From NCBI GenBank assembly GCA_937924405.1, contig CALDVW010000029.1, positions 5,390 to 69,389 of the forward strand: a DNA stretch of 64,000 nucleotides. Direction: 5' to 3'. Positions 38,788-50,082 of the stretch are shown here, piece after piece (within the stretch, counting starts at the first letter, position 1; every line of letters begins with the position of its first letter). The notes under the pieces are model-generated. The model was not told where the DNA came from and did not search any database. It saw only the letters and a program-made list of their open reading frames with translations. The position numbers and the translations under genes are program-made. Source of the stretch: an uncultured Lysobacterales bacterium (GTDB lineage: Bacteria; Pseudomonadota; Gammaproteobacteria; Xanthomonadales; SZUA-36).

Positions 38788-39915
38788 ATGAAAGTCATCG
38801 ATGGCTGGTTAAAACAACTACATGATGAAGTCGGTTCTGATTTGTTCATTACGGTCGAAGCCCCACCCTGTATAAAGGTTCACGGCAAGATCAAGCCGAT
38901 TTCCACCGATTTGCTCAAACCCGACAAATGCCGGGAGATTGTGCTGAGCCTGATGACCGAACGGCAAAAAGAGGAGTTTCGCAACACCCAGGAACTGCAA
39001 TTTGCTTATTCCCTTGGTCCGGAGGTGCGTTACAGGATCAGCGCATTCGTGCAGCAGGGAATGACCGGAATGGTATGCCGCCGCATCGAGACCCGCATCC
39101 CCAATTTCGAGGAACTGGGTTGTCCTGACGCCATGTCGGAACTGGCTCTTGAGAAACGGGGGATTGTCCTTTTCGTGGGCGCGACCGGTACGGGTAAATC
39201 GACATCAATGGCAGCGATGGTTGGCTTCCGAAATCAACGCATGACAGGCCATATCATCACCATTGAAGACCCGATAGAGTATGTTCACCAACATGGAAAA
39301 AGCCTGGTCACACAGCGTGAAGTGGGCATCGATACCGAGTCTTTCGAAGTCGCGTTGAGAAATACACTCAGGCAGGCGCCTGATGTCATTCTGATCGGTG
39401 AGGTCAGAACGCGTGAAACGATGGAGCACGCCATTACGTTCTCGGAAACGGGTCACCTGGTTCTCGCCACGCTTCACGCCAATAACGCCAACCAGGCCAT
39501 GGACCGCATCCTTCATTTTTTCCCGGAAGAGCAGCGCGAGCAGATTCTGCTGGATCTTTCGTTCAATCTCAAGGCGACCATTGCACAGCAATTGATTCCT
39601 TCGGTCGATGGCTCGCGCCGCTGGGCGGCATTCGAAGTCATGCTGGCGACACCGCTGGTCAAGGACCTGATACGCAAGGGCGAGATCGATGAGTTAAAGC
39701 TCGTGATGAGGGATTCAGGTCATCACGGGATGATTATTTTCGACCAATGCATGTTCAACATGTACAAGGAAGGAAAAATTTCCTACGATGACGCGTTACG
39801 CCATGCTGATTCCGCCAACGAGGTCAGGCTGATGATCAAGCTGGATGAAGGTGGCGATGCCGAATCACTGGCCAAGGGCCTTGAAGGTGTCGAAGTGCTC
39901 GGAGACGAATACTGA
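38788..39915 (+). CDS. pilU: Type IV pilus ATPase PilU
   Basis: A PilT paralog with Walker A GATGTGKST, longer than PilT and immediately downstream of it. Confidence 0.88.
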   Translation: MKVIDGWLKQLHDEVGSDLFITVEAPPCIKVHGKIKPISTDLLKPDKCREIVLSLMTERQKEEFRNTQELQFAYSLGPEVRYRISAFVQQGMTGMVCRRIETRIPNFEELGCPDAMSELALEKRGIVLFVGATGTGKSTSMAAMVGFRNQRMTGHIITIEDPIEYVHQHGKSLVTQREVGIDTESFEVALRNTLRQAPDVILIGEVRTRETMEHAITFSETGHLVLATLHANNANQAMDRILHFFPEEQREQILLDLSFNLKATIAQQLIPSVDGSRRWAAFEVMLATPLVKDLIRKGEIDELKLVMRDSGHHGMIIFDQCMFNMYKEGKISYDDALRHADSANEVRLMIKLDEGGDAESLAKGLEGVEVLGDEY

Positions 39916-39918
39916 TAA

Positions 39919-40605
39919 ATGCGTGTATTGATCATAGAAGACAATCCGGATATTGCGGCCAACCTCGGGGATTACCTTGAAGACCACGGGCATACCGTAG
40001 ATTTTGCCGGTGATGGTATCACCGGGCTGCATCTTGCTATTGTCAATGACTTTGACGCCATAGTGCTGGATCTGGCCCTGCCTGGAATGGACGGCCTGGA
40101 AGTTTGCCGGAAATTGCGGGTGGATGCCGGAAAAGACACTCCGGTTTTGATGCTCACGGCGCGTGACCGGCTCGAAGACAAACTGGCCGGTTTCGAGACA
40201 GGTGCAGACGACTACCTGGTCAAACCTTTCGAATTGCAGGAAGTCGCGGTGCGGCTCAAGGTACTGGCCGGCCGCGGACGACTGCGCAACAAACGGGAGC
40301 TCAAGGTGGGTGACCTCGTCTACAACCTGGATACGCTCAATGTCCTTAGGGGGGACCAGGAGATCTACTTGAATCCGATCGGATTAAAACTGCTGCAGTG
40401 CCTGATGAAAGCTTCCCCGAATGTCGTATCCCGGTCGGATCTAGAAATGGAGGTCTGGGGGGAGGAAATGCCTGACAGCGATAGCCTGAGGGTGCATATC
40501 CACTCCCTGCGCAGCGCCATCGACAAGCCATTTGGCAGTAACATGATTCAGACACGGCACGGAATCGGTTACCGCCTGGTGGAGCCGGATGCAGTATCGC
40601 CGTAG
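39919..40605 (+). CDS. OmpR/PhoB-family response regulator
   Basis: Receiver domain (MRVLIIEDNPDIA...DAIVLDLALPGMDG...) plus a winged-helix C-terminus (...IQTRHGIGYRL). Confidence 0.9.
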   Translation: MRVLIIEDNPDIAANLGDYLEDHGHTVDFAGDGITGLHLAIVNDFDAIVLDLALPGMDGLEVCRKLRVDAGKDTPVLMLTARDRLEDKLAGFETGADDYLVKPFELQEVAVRLKVLAGRGRLRNKRELKVGDLVYNLDTLNVLRGDQEIYLNPIGLKLLQCLMKASPNVVSRSDLEMEVWGEEMPDSDSLRVHIHSLRSAIDKPFGSNMIQTRHGIGYRLVEPDAVSP

Positions 40606-41866
40606 GCTTCGAAGTCGAATCGTTCTCTCGTTCCTGTTGTTCGGAACGTTGCTCAGTGTTCTTTTCGCCATCAGCACCCTGTTACTTCAGAACTATCTTG
40701 AAGACCAACTGATCGGTGCGACCCTCAAACAGGAACTGGATGATTACGTAACCCAGTTGCACCTGGATCCATCGGTTGTTGAACCGTTTTACACCAGGAT
40801 CCAGGGTTATATCACGCGGCCAGGCGATCCGAACCAGGTGGTCAGCACGGAAGTCAGGAACCTGGCCTCTGGTGTTCACGATGTCAAAATCTCGGGCGGC
40901 CTCTTCAAGGTTGCAATCAGAAAGGAAGACAGCCTCTGGGCATTCCTGATTTACGATGTCAGTGACAATCAACGCATCAAAACACAATTGATTCTGGCGC
41001 TGGTAGGCGTGGTGCTTCTGTTCTCCGTCTTTTCTTTTACTCTGGGTGCCTGGTCTTCACGCCGGGTAATGAAGCCGGTTACAGACCTGGCAGCGCGCCT
41101 GGAAACCCTCGGTGAGGAAAGCAAGCCGGGGCATTTTTCAGAGCAATTCGCTGATGATGAAGTCGGGCAGTTGGCCGCAGCTCTCGACAGCTACGCCGAG
41201 CGGCTTCACCACCTGGTTGAACGCGACCGGGAATTCAATGCCGATGTCAGCCATGAATTACGGTCACCGCTAACGGTAATCACCGGAGCCACGGAATTGC
41301 TGCTCGCGCAATCCGACCTGGAGCCCAAAGTGCGCACCCGGCTACTCAGAATAGCGCGCGCGGCCAGACAGTCGGCTGATATTACTACAGCCTTGCTACA
41401 CCTGGTCAGGGCCGAGCAGGGTATCGACAAGGACAGCACCGCGCATGACGTGGGGCGCATCGTTGCGGATGTCGTTCACCTCCATGAGCCATTGATCGGA
41501 AACAAGGCTTTGTCATTGCGCGTCAATGAAATTGACAGGGTCAGCGTGATCGCACCTGAATCCGTGGTCGCCGTGACGGTAGGGAACCTGATTGGGAACG
41601 CCATGCGCTACACGGCGGAAGGTGAAGTCCTGATTACGATTGGAAGTGGAATGGTTCAGGTGGAAGATACGGGCCCCGGCATTCCGGAGCCAGATCTCGA
41701 ACGCGTGTTTGAGCGTCATTACCGGGGCCAGAACATCACCGGCAAAGGCGCTGGCCTGGGTCTTGCCATCGTCAAGCGTCTGTGCGAGCTTTATGGTTGG
41801 TCGATCCATTTCAGTAACCGCGAAGTGGGTGGGCTGCGCGCTGAATTGCGATTTTATGGAGAGTGA
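40589..41866 (+). CDS. Membrane sensor histidine kinase
   Basis: Two TM segments, H-box ...FNADVSHELRSPLTVI..., N-box ...LIGNAMRYT..., G-boxes ...VEDTGPGI... and ...GKGAGLGLAIV... It overlaps the response-regulator gene by 17 nt. Confidence 0.85.
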   Translation: MQYRRRLRSRIVLSFLLFGTLLSVLFAISTLLLQNYLEDQLIGATLKQELDDYVTQLHLDPSVVEPFYTRIQGYITRPGDPNQVVSTEVRNLASGVHDVKISGGLFKVAIRKEDSLWAFLIYDVSDNQRIKTQLILALVGVVLLFSVFSFTLGAWSSRRVMKPVTDLAARLETLGEESKPGHFSEQFADDEVGQLAAALDSYAERLHHLVERDREFNADVSHELRSPLTVITGATELLLAQSDLEPKVRTRLLRIARAARQSADITTALLHLVRAEQGIDKDSTAHDVGRIVADVVHLHEPLIGNKALSLRVNEIDRVSVIAPESVVAVTVGNLIGNAMRYTAEGEVLITIGSGMVQVEDTGPGIPEPDLERVFERHYRGQNITGKGAGLGLAIVKRLCELYGWSIHFSNREVGGLRAELRFYGE

Positions 41867-41867
41867 C

Positions 41868-42245
41868 ATGACTCTGATATCGTGCCCTGAATGCAAAAAG
41901 AAAATCTCGAGTCGGTCGGCCCTTTGCTCCTATTGCGGATTTCAGTTTGGTGAAGTGAGCGAGGAAGATCTCGACCTGTTCCGCGCGCGGAAATTGCGTG
42001 ACCAGATCTACCGACTGAATATGATCAGCTACGCAGTTATCACGTTATTTGTGTGCGCCTTCGGCTGGTATTGGATGGATTCCAGGGGTTTCAGTGAGCC
42101 GTCATCGTCGGGCCCATTTATCCTGATGGGACTGACAGCCGTCGCATACGTTGCCGTTCGCGCACTTCTGTTCCGCAGCCGTCAACGGAGGAAAGCCATG
42201 CAGCAAAAGCGGAACATAAGCAGAGATTTGAGAAGGAATCTCTGA
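41868..42245 (+). CDS. Zinc-ribbon membrane protein, function unknown
   Basis: MTLISCPECKKKISSRSALCSYCGF... (CxxC...CxxC) followed by two hydrophobic segments. The ATG lies 1 nt after the kinase stop codon. Confidence 0.55.
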   Translation: MTLISCPECKKKISSRSALCSYCGFQFGEVSEEDLDLFRARKLRDQIYRLNMISYAVITLFVCAFGWYWMDSRGFSEPSSSGPFILMGLTAVAYVAVRALLFRSRQRRKAMQQKRNISRDLRRNL

Positions 42246-42248
42246 AAA

Positions 42249-42273
42249 GCCGGCGTGGCCAGGCGACGCCGGT
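42249..42273. terminator. Hairpin between convergent genes, a possible bidirectional terminator
   Basis: Stem GCCGGCGT/ACGCCGG(T) with a 9-nt loop. On the minus strand it is followed by CTTTTCAG. It lies between the zinc-ribbon gene and the 42300-42797 gene. Confidence 0.4.
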
Positions 42274-42299
42274 CAGGCTAGTCGGGTGAAACGGAATTT

Positions 42300-42797
42300 T
42301 TACTGAATACGTTTTACCTTGCACTCTGAGTCAAAACCCTCAACCTGCAAGCGCCAGGATCCGAATCTGGCCGGCTCGATCATGACCACCGGGTTTTGAA
42401 TTTCCTTGGTGTAAAATTTGTCCTTGTCCGCCTGGGCCCAGATCATGCCGTTTTCCAATTTGAAAATCACCTGCCCGTCCCAGCCGCTGAAACTGCCAAC
42501 GATTCGGCTGGTAATGGTCGTACGATCCTCTTTTCTTTCTGATTTCAATCCGCGGCGATCCACATCGGGCTGAACAGACCCGCTGTTAACTGGAGCGCCA
42601 GGTGAGTCAAGAGTGGCCAGTGAATGTGCGCGAATCCAGCTATTCAATGCGTTGAGTTCGTCCTTCGAGAGCTTATCCAGACCCGCACCGGTAAACTCGC
42701 CTCCAGTCATTTGTTCCTCCAGGGATGAGAATTTCTCGACCGCAAAGAGCGAAGCGCTGCTGAAGAGAAGCACAAGGGCAATCAGGAATTTATTCAT
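42300..42797 (-). CDS. Secreted hypothetical protein
   Basis: Internal start MNKFLIALVLLFSSASLFAVE gives a signal peptide. I recognise no family. Confidence 0.5.
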   Translation of the reverse strand: MNKFLIALVLLFSSASLFAVEKFSSLEEQMTGGEFTGAGLDKLSKDELNALNSWIRAHSLATLDSPGAPVNSGSVQPDVDRRGLKSERKEDRTTITSRIVGSFSGWDGQVIFKLENGMIWAQADKDKFYTKEIQNPVVMIEPARFGSWRLQVEGFDSECKVKRIQ

Positions 42798-42881
42798 TTG
42801 TAAACCTTCAAACACAAACCCGGGCAAGTCTAGCATGATACGAATTAGCAATTCGTTAAGTGCCTTGCTATCGGGAGCTGC

Positions 42882-44072
42882 TTACAGATCCTGCTTATAG
42901 CGGACGTAGGGGATACGCCCATAGATGGACTCGAAGGGATCGACCGGTTGGGTGTCTGTTGTTACCTTGCTGTCCGCTCCCGCGTTGAGTACGTTGCTGG
43001 CGCCAACACTGAGATTTGCTTTCCACGGGGTACGCCAGGTGAAATGCACGTCAAATGTGGTCAGGCTGTCTACGCTGTTACGGTTAAGAAAATCGACCGA
43101 GTCCCGGTAGAATCCCTGGATTCCGCTGCTGAAGGCGCCGTTTCTCCACTCGAGATTCATTCGTGCCGAATTGAAGGGCTCAGCCAGAGTCCAGGACATG
43201 GTGTCTTCGCCGTGAGAATAAAGGCCCTGGTAACCAGCTTCGAGTACGCGGGTAAAAGCCAGGCCAAGACGAATATCACCTTTGGTGTCAGTTGCAATAC
43301 CCACATTGAAATTGAGGTTGACGCCGCTGGCTTCGCTATTCAGGTATTGCATGGGGTCGTTACCGGCCGATGCCAACAAAGGATTGCCCAGGTTCGGCGA
43401 AAGCAGGCTGCTGCCCATGGCGATCTGGCTCCCGAGCGGGCTCTGTTGCCTGGCCCCTGATTGATTCATGTCGGAATCCTGGGTAAACCAGTCAATTGAA
43501 GCGGAGGCATTGCCAAAGCCCATCTGAGCGCCCAGGTTCATGCGCCGCTGGTCGGTTGTCGCCAGCGGTTCATTGACGAAGCGGCAACCGGATGCGATAT
43601 AAGAATCCGCCCGCAGGGTGCCGTTCATGCACTGTATGCTCCCCATTGACTGGAATCGGGCTGCGCCGGACTGCCTGTCGATCCCGGCTGCAAGGCTGAA
43701 GTTGTCGGACACCGGGATATTGAGGGTGGCATCCAAGCCGAGAATATTGCTGCCATTATTCAGAACGCGGGCCCTTGATCCAGTACTGAGGGTCAGAGGC
43801 TGATTGAGTAGAAGCTGGAGTTTTCGGGTTTCACTTCCGCCCAGATCGAAGTCGAGTCCCGCATTGGAGTCGAGCGCGATTGAGAATGGGGTGGTATCAG
43901 CGGGCACACCATTTTGGTCATCCGACATCAGTTTCAACGTTTCGTTGGAGAATACAGACGCCTGGGCAAGCGGTGGTTCATCGGCAAGGCAGGCCGCGGA
44001 ACTCAGGCACAACGACAGACAGGAAACTACGATTCCTGTTTTGGTCGATTTACGTGTCTTGCTGATGCTCAT
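42882..44072 (-). CDS. Putative outer-membrane beta-barrel protein with no plug domain
   Basis: 396 aa with a signal peptide, alternating beta-strand-like sequence, and a C-terminus (...FESIYGRIPYVRYKQDL) resembling the last strands of TonB-dependent receptors/porins. Confidence 0.5.
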   Translation of the reverse strand: MSISKTRKSTKTGIVVSCLSLCLSSAACLADEPPLAQASVFSNETLKLMSDDQNGVPADTTPFSIALDSNAGLDFDLGGSETRKLQLLLNQPLTLSTGSRARVLNNGSNILGLDATLNIPVSDNFSLAAGIDRQSGAARFQSMGSIQCMNGTLRADSYIASGCRFVNEPLATTDQRRMNLGAQMGFGNASASIDWFTQDSDMNQSGARQQSPLGSQIAMGSSLLSPNLGNPLLASAGNDPMQYLNSEASGVNLNFNVGIATDTKGDIRLGLAFTRVLEAGYQGLYSHGEDTMSWTLAEPFNSARMNLEWRNGAFSSGIQGFYRDSVDFLNRNSVDSLTTFDVHFTWRTPWKANLSVGASNVLNAGADSKVTTDTQPVDPFESIYGRIPYVRYKQDL

Positions 44073-44245
44073 TGGCTGTTCAATCCAGTTTGTTAATTTA
44101 ACCCGAAATCAAAATCCCGGGGCTTTAGAGGACCGGATTTATAAAAAGTTTAATTTAATAATAGCAAATTTCCACGAAATTGCGCAGGTAAAATCACTTA
44201 TGAAGGCTGATATACTGCGGTTTTTGATCAGGATCTTCGATTATT

Positions 44246-44812
44246 ATGGTAAGCACTTATACCCCTGTATGTGATTTCGGAACTCCAGCCCCGGATTTTT
44301 CCCTCGAGGGTGTCGACGGCAGGCTCTGGTCGATGCTCGACTGCAGGGGCCCCCAGGGCCTGCTGGTCATGTTTATATGCAACCATTGCCCTTATGTGAA
44401 AGCGATCAATCACAAACTGGTGCGCGACACGGCGGAATTGAAAACACTGGGCGTTAACAGTGTCGCGATCATGTCGAACGACCCCCAGGAATATCCGGAA
44501 GATTCCTTTGAAAACATGCAGCGTGTCGCGCAGGAATTTGCTTACCCTTTCCCCTACCTGGTTGACTCGACCCAGGAGATTGCCAGGGCATACGGCGCAG
44601 TCTGCACACCGGATTTTTTCGGCTACAATTCCGACCTCGAACTGCAGTACCGGGGGCGTCTCGACGAGAGCGGACGCCAGCCTGATACCGGTGAAGTCAG
44701 GCGGGACCTTTTCCTCGCCATGAAGCTTGTTGCGGAAACGGGGCATGGGCCTGAAGATCAGGTCGCATCCATTGGGTGTTCAATCAAATGGCGCGATGAT
44801 CAGAGTGGTTGA
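44246..44812 (+). CDS. Thioredoxin-fold (AhpC/TSA/TlpA-like) protein
   Basis: ...APDFSLEGVDG...LLVMFICNHCPYVKA... has a CxxC redox motif in a redoxin context. Confidence 0.75.
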   Translation: MVSTYTPVCDFGTPAPDFSLEGVDGRLWSMLDCRGPQGLLVMFICNHCPYVKAINHKLVRDTAELKTLGVNSVAIMSNDPQEYPEDSFENMQRVAQEFAYPFPYLVDSTQEIARAYGAVCTPDFFGYNSDLELQYRGRLDESGRQPDTGEVRRDLFLAMKLVAETGHGPEDQVASIGCSIKWRDDQSG

Positions 44813-44870
44813 GCTCTGATAGACTTGGCGCCTGTTCGTGTAACGCATGGGTAATTATTGAGGTGAATAG

Positions 44871-45305
44871 ATGAGCAAGGTGTTGCTTGTAGGAGTGGAC
44901 TGTAGTGAATGCAGCGTTCGCGCATTACGTTATGCATCGGATCGTGCTGAAGTATCCAAGGCCCAGTTGATTGTCACGCACGTGATCGACTGGTCTCCGT
45001 ATTCCTTTAACACACCTCAGGAAAACGAAGATCGGCACAAGCGCCGCGAAATTGAACTGGACCGGGCGCACAAGGAAATTGTCGATCCCATCGTCAGTGA
45101 GCTCAGGGCTAACGGGCTATTTGCCAGGGGCGTTGTCCGCCATGGTCACCCCGCAGAAACCCTCAACGCCGTTGGGGATGAGTTCGGAGCGACGAACATT
45201 ATTATCGGAAAGACAGGATCTTCACGCATCAAGACGCAATTATTTGGCAGCGTTGCCAACACGCTGATTCAGATTTCAGAAGTACCGGTAACGGTCGTAC
45301 CCTGA
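44871..45305 (+). CDS. Universal stress protein (UspA family)
   Basis: 144 aa; ...[19 protein letters not shown]... and the C-terminal ...[24 protein letters not shown]... motif. Confidence 0.85.
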   Translation: MSKVLLVGVDCSECSVRALRYASDRAEVSKAQLIVTHVIDWSPYSFNTPQENEDRHKRREIELDRAHKEIVDPIVSELRANGLFARGVVRHGHPAETLNAVGDEFGATNIIIGKTGSSRIKTQLFGSVANTLIQISEVPVTVVP

Positions 45306-45330
45306 ACCTGAGTCAAATCAGGAGAGTTTC

Positions 45331-46881
45331 ATGCTAAGGAGAATGATGGGTCATAAACTGATCCTGGCCATCAGCTTGATTTTGATGCCCTGGCCGTTAC
45401 TGGCAGACGATGGCATCGATACCCGGATCAACGATGCGATCAGGCCGGCAGCGGATGTCGTTTCCGGCTTCATTTTTTCTTCGTTTCCGGTGGCCGGAGT
45501 GCAGGTTCCTTTCGTATTGGTATGGCTCATTTTTGCCGCGACTTTCTTCACATTCTATTTTCGTTTCATCAATTTCAGGGCCTTTAAACACGGTTTTGAG
45601 TTGGTTCGCGGTGATTACTCTGACCCACTTGCGGCGGGAGAAGTCACCCATTTTCAGGCGCTGGCGACTGCGCTCTCAGGTACTGTGGGCCTGGGCAATA
45701 TTGCCGGTGTGGCCGTAGCCGTTTCCTTGGGGGGGCCGGGTGCGACGTTCTGGATGATTCTGGCCGGCCTTCTCGGCATGTCGTCGAAATTCGTGGAGTG
45801 TACTCTGGGCGTCAAGTACCGCAATGAATACACGGATGGTACGATTTCCGGCGGCCCAATGTATTACCTCTCCAAGGGACTGGCCGAGCGTAGCGGGAAA
45901 TTGAAAGGGCTCGGCAAAGTTCTGGCCGTGATGTTTGCTGTGTTTTGTATCGGAGGCTCCTTCGGTGGTGGCAACATGTTCCAGGCTAACCAGAGCTTTA
46001 TGCAGTTGGTATCGGTTACCGGTGGTGAATCCAGTTGGTTGGCGGACAAGGGCTGGCTGTTTGGACTGGTCGTTGCGTCGTTGGTTGGACTGGTCGTGAT
46101 TGGCGGTATCCAGGGCATAGCCCGCGTGACTTCAAAGATAGTGCCACTGATGGCCGTAATCTATGTGACTGCCGGAATCGCGATCATCTTCATGAACCTG
46201 TCAGCTGTTCCGGCTGCTTTTTCCGCCATACTGGCCGGTGCTTTCACTGCGAAAGGTATATCCGGGGGAGTAATTGGAGTCCTGATACAGGGTTTTAAAC
46301 GTGCTGCGTTTTCCAATGAGGCCGGCATCGGTTCCGCGGCGATTGCCCATTCCGCAGTCAGAACCAACAAGCCTGTTACCGAGGGTTTTGTTGCGCTTTA
46401 CGAACCCTTTATCGACACGGTTGTCGTTTGCACCATTACGGCGCTGGTGATCATCATCACCGGGACCTGGAACCCTTCAGTCGATCCCAGTCAGGGCGTT
46501 GCGCTGACATCGGCGGCATTTGAATCAGCCATTTCCTGGTTTCCTTGGGTGCTGACCGTTGCAGTCGTCCTGTTTGCGTTTTCAACGATGATTTCCTGGT
46601 CGTATTACGGTCTGAAGGCCTGGACCTATCTTTTTGGCGAGTCCCTTGTTACCGACGCCGTTTATAAATTGCTTTTTCTTTTCTTTATCGTGGTTGGTTC
46701 CTCAATGCAGCTTGGATCGGTCATCGATTTTTCCGACGCAATGATTTTTGCAATGGCGTTTCCCAACGTGATTGGCATCTATTTTCTGTTGCCCGTAGTG
46801 AAAAAGGAACTGGACGATTACTGGAAGGATTATAAAGCCGGAAACCTCAAGAAATTCGGTAAAGCAGCAATCCGTTCCTGA
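45331..46881 (+). CDS. Sodium:alanine (amino acid) symporter, AGCS family
   Basis: 516 aa, polytopic, with AGCS motifs ...[22 protein letters not shown]...GGPGA.FWM... and ...[19 protein letters not shown]... Confidence 0.88.
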   Translation: MLRRMMGHKLILAISLILMPWPLLADDGIDTRINDAIRPAADVVSGFIFSSFPVAGVQVPFVLVWLIFAATFFTFYFRFINFRAFKHGFELVRGDYSDPLAAGEVTHFQALATALSGTVGLGNIAGVAVAVSLGGPGATFWMILAGLLGMSSKFVECTLGVKYRNEYTDGTISGGPMYYLSKGLAERSGKLKGLGKVLAVMFAVFCIGGSFGGGNMFQANQSFMQLVSVTGGESSWLADKGWLFGLVVASLVGLVVIGGIQGIARVTSKIVPLMAVIYVTAGIAIIFMNLSAVPAAFSAILAGAFTAKGISGGVIGVLIQGFKRAAFSNEAGIGSAAIAHSAVRTNKPVTEGFVALYEPFIDTVVVCTITALVIIITGTWNPSVDPSQGVALTSAAFESAISWFPWVLTVAVVLFAFSTMISWSYYGLKAWTYLFGESLVTDAVYKLLFLFFIVVGSSMQLGSVIDFSDAMIFAMAFPNVIGIYFLLPVVKKELDDYWKDYKAGNLKKFGKAAIRS

Positions 46882-47033
46882 CAAAAATCAAAGCTTGTTG
46901 AGAAAATGCTGTTAATTCGTAAAGGCGCTATTGCCAGTTTCCCCGACAATGGGCAAAATTCCTTTACCAATCCCATGTTAACCATCTCTGAATTTTTGCC
47001 AATCTGGCGTTAAAGACTGATACGGGAATCCTG

Positions 47034-49040
47034 ATGCCTACTCGATTAGAACTCGCAAATGCGATACGTGCACTTTCAATGGACGCAGTTCAGCAAGCAA
47101 ATTCCGGCCACCCCGGAATGCCCATGGGCATGGCCGATATCGCTGAAGTGCTATGGCGCGATAACCTGAAACACAATCCGCAGAATCCCGCCTGGGCGGA
47201 CAGGGATCGATTTATCCTGTCCAATGGGCACGGGTCCATGTTGTTGTACTCGCTCCTGCACCTGAGCGGTTACGACCTGCCTATCGAGGAGTTGCGCAAC
47301 TTCAGGCAGTTGCACTCCAAAACACCCGGACATCCGGAATACGGCGAAGCGCCGGGTGTAGAAACCACAACCGGTCCGTTGGGGCAGGGCATTGCCAATG
47401 CAGTCGGCATGGCGCTTGCGGAAAAAGTGCTCGCGAACCGGTTCAACCGGGGTGGTCACCAGATTGTGGATCATCGCACCTGGGTGTTTCTGGGTGACGG
47501 TTGCCTGATGGAAGGCGTGTCTCACGAGGCTTGCTCTCTGGCTGGTCGCTTTGGTCTGGGAAAATTGACCGCGTTCTGGGACGACAATGGTATTTCTATC
47601 GACGGCGAGGTCGAGGGCTGGTTTACCGACGACACGCCTGCCCGATTTGAAGCCTATGGCTGGCAGGTGATTCGCGGCGTAGATGGGCATGACCCGGTGG
47701 AAATCCAGCAATCCATAGACACTGCTAAAGCTGAAACCGACCGGCCCACACTGATCTGCGCCCGCACCGTGATAGGGTTTGGTTCGCCGAATAAACAGGG
47801 TACGGAAGCGACCCACGGCGCACCCCTCGGGGAAGAGGAAATTGCGGCGACGCGTAAGAATCTTGGCTGGGAACACCCCGCGTTCGTTATACCGGACGAC
47901 ATTACCGAGGCCTGGAATGGCCGGGATGCGGGTGTAAAAGCCGAATCTGACTGGAATCGAAAATTTACAGCTTTCCGCGTCGATTTCGCCGGCCTGGCTG
48001 AAGAATTTGAGCGCCGGATGGCCGGGGAACTGCCCGGCGACTGGAATGAACGCGCGGCCGAAATCATTTCTGCCTTGCAGGCGCAGGGTGGTGATGTGGC
48101 CACCCGAAAGTCATCACAAATTGCACTCAACGCCTTCGGCCCTCTGCTGCCGGAACTGATTGGCGGCTCTGCGGACCTGGCCGGGTCAAACAATACCATC
48201 TGGTCCGGCAGCGTGGATGTCAATGACGGCACTGAAGATGGAAACTACATCTATTTTGGCGTCAGGGAATTTGGTATGGCGGCTCTGTGCAATGGCCTGA
48301 GCCTGCATGGTGGATTCATTCCTTACAATGCGACTTTTCTGGTCTTTTCCGACTATGCGAGAAATGCTGTGCGAATGTCGGCGCTGCTTCCGACGCGTAA
48401 CATTCACGTTTACACTCATGACTCCATCGGGTTGGGTGAGGATGGCCCAACGCATCAGCCCGTTGAACACGTGGCCAGCTTGCGCCTGATCCCGAATCTC
48501 CAGGTTTGGCGGCCCTGTGATACGGCCGAATCGGCTGTCGCCTGGAAATGCGCACTCGAAAACAGCACTTCGCCTTCAGCACTGATATTCACCAGGCAAG
48601 GTCTGCCTCACCAGGACAGAAACAACGAACAACTTGAAAACGTGGCCCGTGGTGGCTATGTACTTCGTGACATGGGCAATGATGCCGACGCCCTGATTAT
48701 CGCAACCGGGTCCGAAGTCGGGCTGGCGATGTCGGCTGCAAAGGAACTGTCATCTCAGGGCACTAAAGTAAACGTGGTGTCCATGCCAAACCCGGGACTG
48801 TTTCTGCAACAGGAAGAGTCTTACCGTGAATCGGTGCTGCCTGGCGCTATCAGGGCACGGGTGGCAGTTGAAGCCGGGGCGACGGCCGGTTGGGCTTCCT
48901 TCGTGGGAGACGCAGGCCGGGTAATCGGAGTGGACACATTCGGCGCTTCAGCACCCGCTGTCGTGCTTTTCGAACAATACGGGCTGACCGTTGAAAAAGT
49001 CAGCCAGGCCGTCCGAGATTCACTGGCGGCGATTAGTTGA
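47034..49040 (+). CDS. tkt: Transketolase
   Basis: ...[34 protein letters not shown]...[25 protein letters not shown]... is the canonical Tkt N-terminus. Confidence 0.95.
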   Translation: MPTRLELANAIRALSMDAVQQANSGHPGMPMGMADIAEVLWRDNLKHNPQNPAWADRDRFILSNGHGSMLLYSLLHLSGYDLPIEELRNFRQLHSKTPGHPEYGEAPGVETTTGPLGQGIANAVGMALAEKVLANRFNRGGHQIVDHRTWVFLGDGCLMEGVSHEACSLAGRFGLGKLTAFWDDNGISIDGEVEGWFTDDTPARFEAYGWQVIRGVDGHDPVEIQQSIDTAKAETDRPTLICARTVIGFGSPNKQGTEATHGAPLGEEEIAATRKNLGWEHPAFVIPDDITEAWNGRDAGVKAESDWNRKFTAFRVDFAGLAEEFERRMAGELPGDWNERAAEIISALQAQGGDVATRKSSQIALNAFGPLLPELIGGSADLAGSNNTIWSGSVDVNDGTEDGNYIYFGVREFGMAALCNGLSLHGGFIPYNATFLVFSDYARNAVRMSALLPTRNIHVYTHDSIGLGEDGPTHQPVEHVASLRLIPNLQVWRPCDTAESAVAWKCALENSTSPSALIFTRQGLPHQDRNNEQLENVARGGYVLRDMGNDADALIIATGSEVGLAMSAAKELSSQGTKVNVVSMPNPGLFLQQEESYRESVLPGAIRARVAVEAGATAGWASFVGDAGRVIGVDTFGASAPAVVLFEQYGLTVEKVSQAVRDSLAAIS

Positions 49041-49068
49041 ATTAAACAATCTTCAGGAGAAGAATAAA

Positions 49069-50076
49069 ATGGCAATTAAGGTAGCAATCAACGGATACGG
49101 GCGCATTGGTCGCAATGTCATGCGGGCAATTCATGAGTATGGCTGGAATGGCAAGATCGATATCGTGGCGATCAACGATCTGGGCGATGCAAATACCAAT
49201 GCCCACCTGACCAAATACGATACAGCCCACGGCACATTTCCTTTCGAAGTCGTTGTCGATGGGGGGGATCTCGTAGTTAATGGTGACCGGGTAAAGGTTT
49301 TCGCCGAGCGCGATCCGTCAAAACTGCCATGGGCCGAACTGGGCGTGGATGTCGTCTATGAATGCACCGGTCTTTTCCGCAGCAAGGACACGGCCGGTGC
49401 GCATCTTACGGCAGGAGCCAACAAGGTCATCGTTTCCGCACCAGGCCAGAATGTCGATAACACGATTGTTTACGGCGTCAATGAGAATACTCTGAAATCG
49501 AGCGACCAGGTAATTTCCAATGCTTCCTGCACGACCAATTGCCTCGCACCCTTAGCCAAGGTTCTGCACGAAGGAATTGGGATTGAAAACGGCCTGATGA
49601 CGACAATACATGCTTACACCAATGATCAGGTTTTGACCGATGTATTCCACTCGGATCTGCGCCGGGCTCGTTCTGCCACCATGAGCCAGATTCCGACCAA
49701 GACCGGAGCGGCGGCGGCAGTCGGCCTGGTGCTGCCTGAACTGAATGGCAAGCTGGACGGCTTTTCGATGCGTGTTCCTACCATCAATGTTTCAGTGGTG
49801 GATCTGGTCTTCAAGGCCGCACGTGAAACCAGCATCGAAGAAGTTAACAGCCTGGTCAAGGCAGCTGCTGATGGCCCAATGGCCGGCGTTCTCGCCTACA
49901 ACGATGCACCGCTGGTTTCCTGCGATTTCAATCACGACCCGCACTCTTCTATTTTCGATGCCGGGCTGACAAGGGTCATGGAAGGTAACCTGGTTAAAGT
50001 GCTTAGCTGGTATGACAATGAATGGGGGTTCAGCAACCGCATGCTGGACACCACAATCGCACTGGTGAATGCCTGA
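49069..50076 (+). CDS. gap: Glyceraldehyde-3-phosphate dehydrogenase
   Basis: [17 protein letters not shown]... and active site ...[12 protein letters not shown]... Start taken at the internal ATG at 49069. Confidence 0.95.
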   Translation: MAIKVAINGYGRIGRNVMRAIHEYGWNGKIDIVAINDLGDANTNAHLTKYDTAHGTFPFEVVVDGGDLVVNGDRVKVFAERDPSKLPWAELGVDVVYECTGLFRSKDTAGAHLTAGANKVIVSAPGQNVDNTIVYGVNENTLKSSDQVISNASCTTNCLAPLAKVLHEGIGIENGLMTTIHAYTNDQVLTDVFHSDLRRARSATMSQIPTKTGAAAAVGLVLPELNGKLDGFSMRVPTINVSVVDLVFKAARETSIEEVNSLVKAAADGPMAGVLAYNDAPLVSCDFNHDPHSSIFDAGLTRVMEGNLVKVLSWYDNEWGFSNRMLDTTIALVNA

Positions 50077-50082
50077 GGAATC

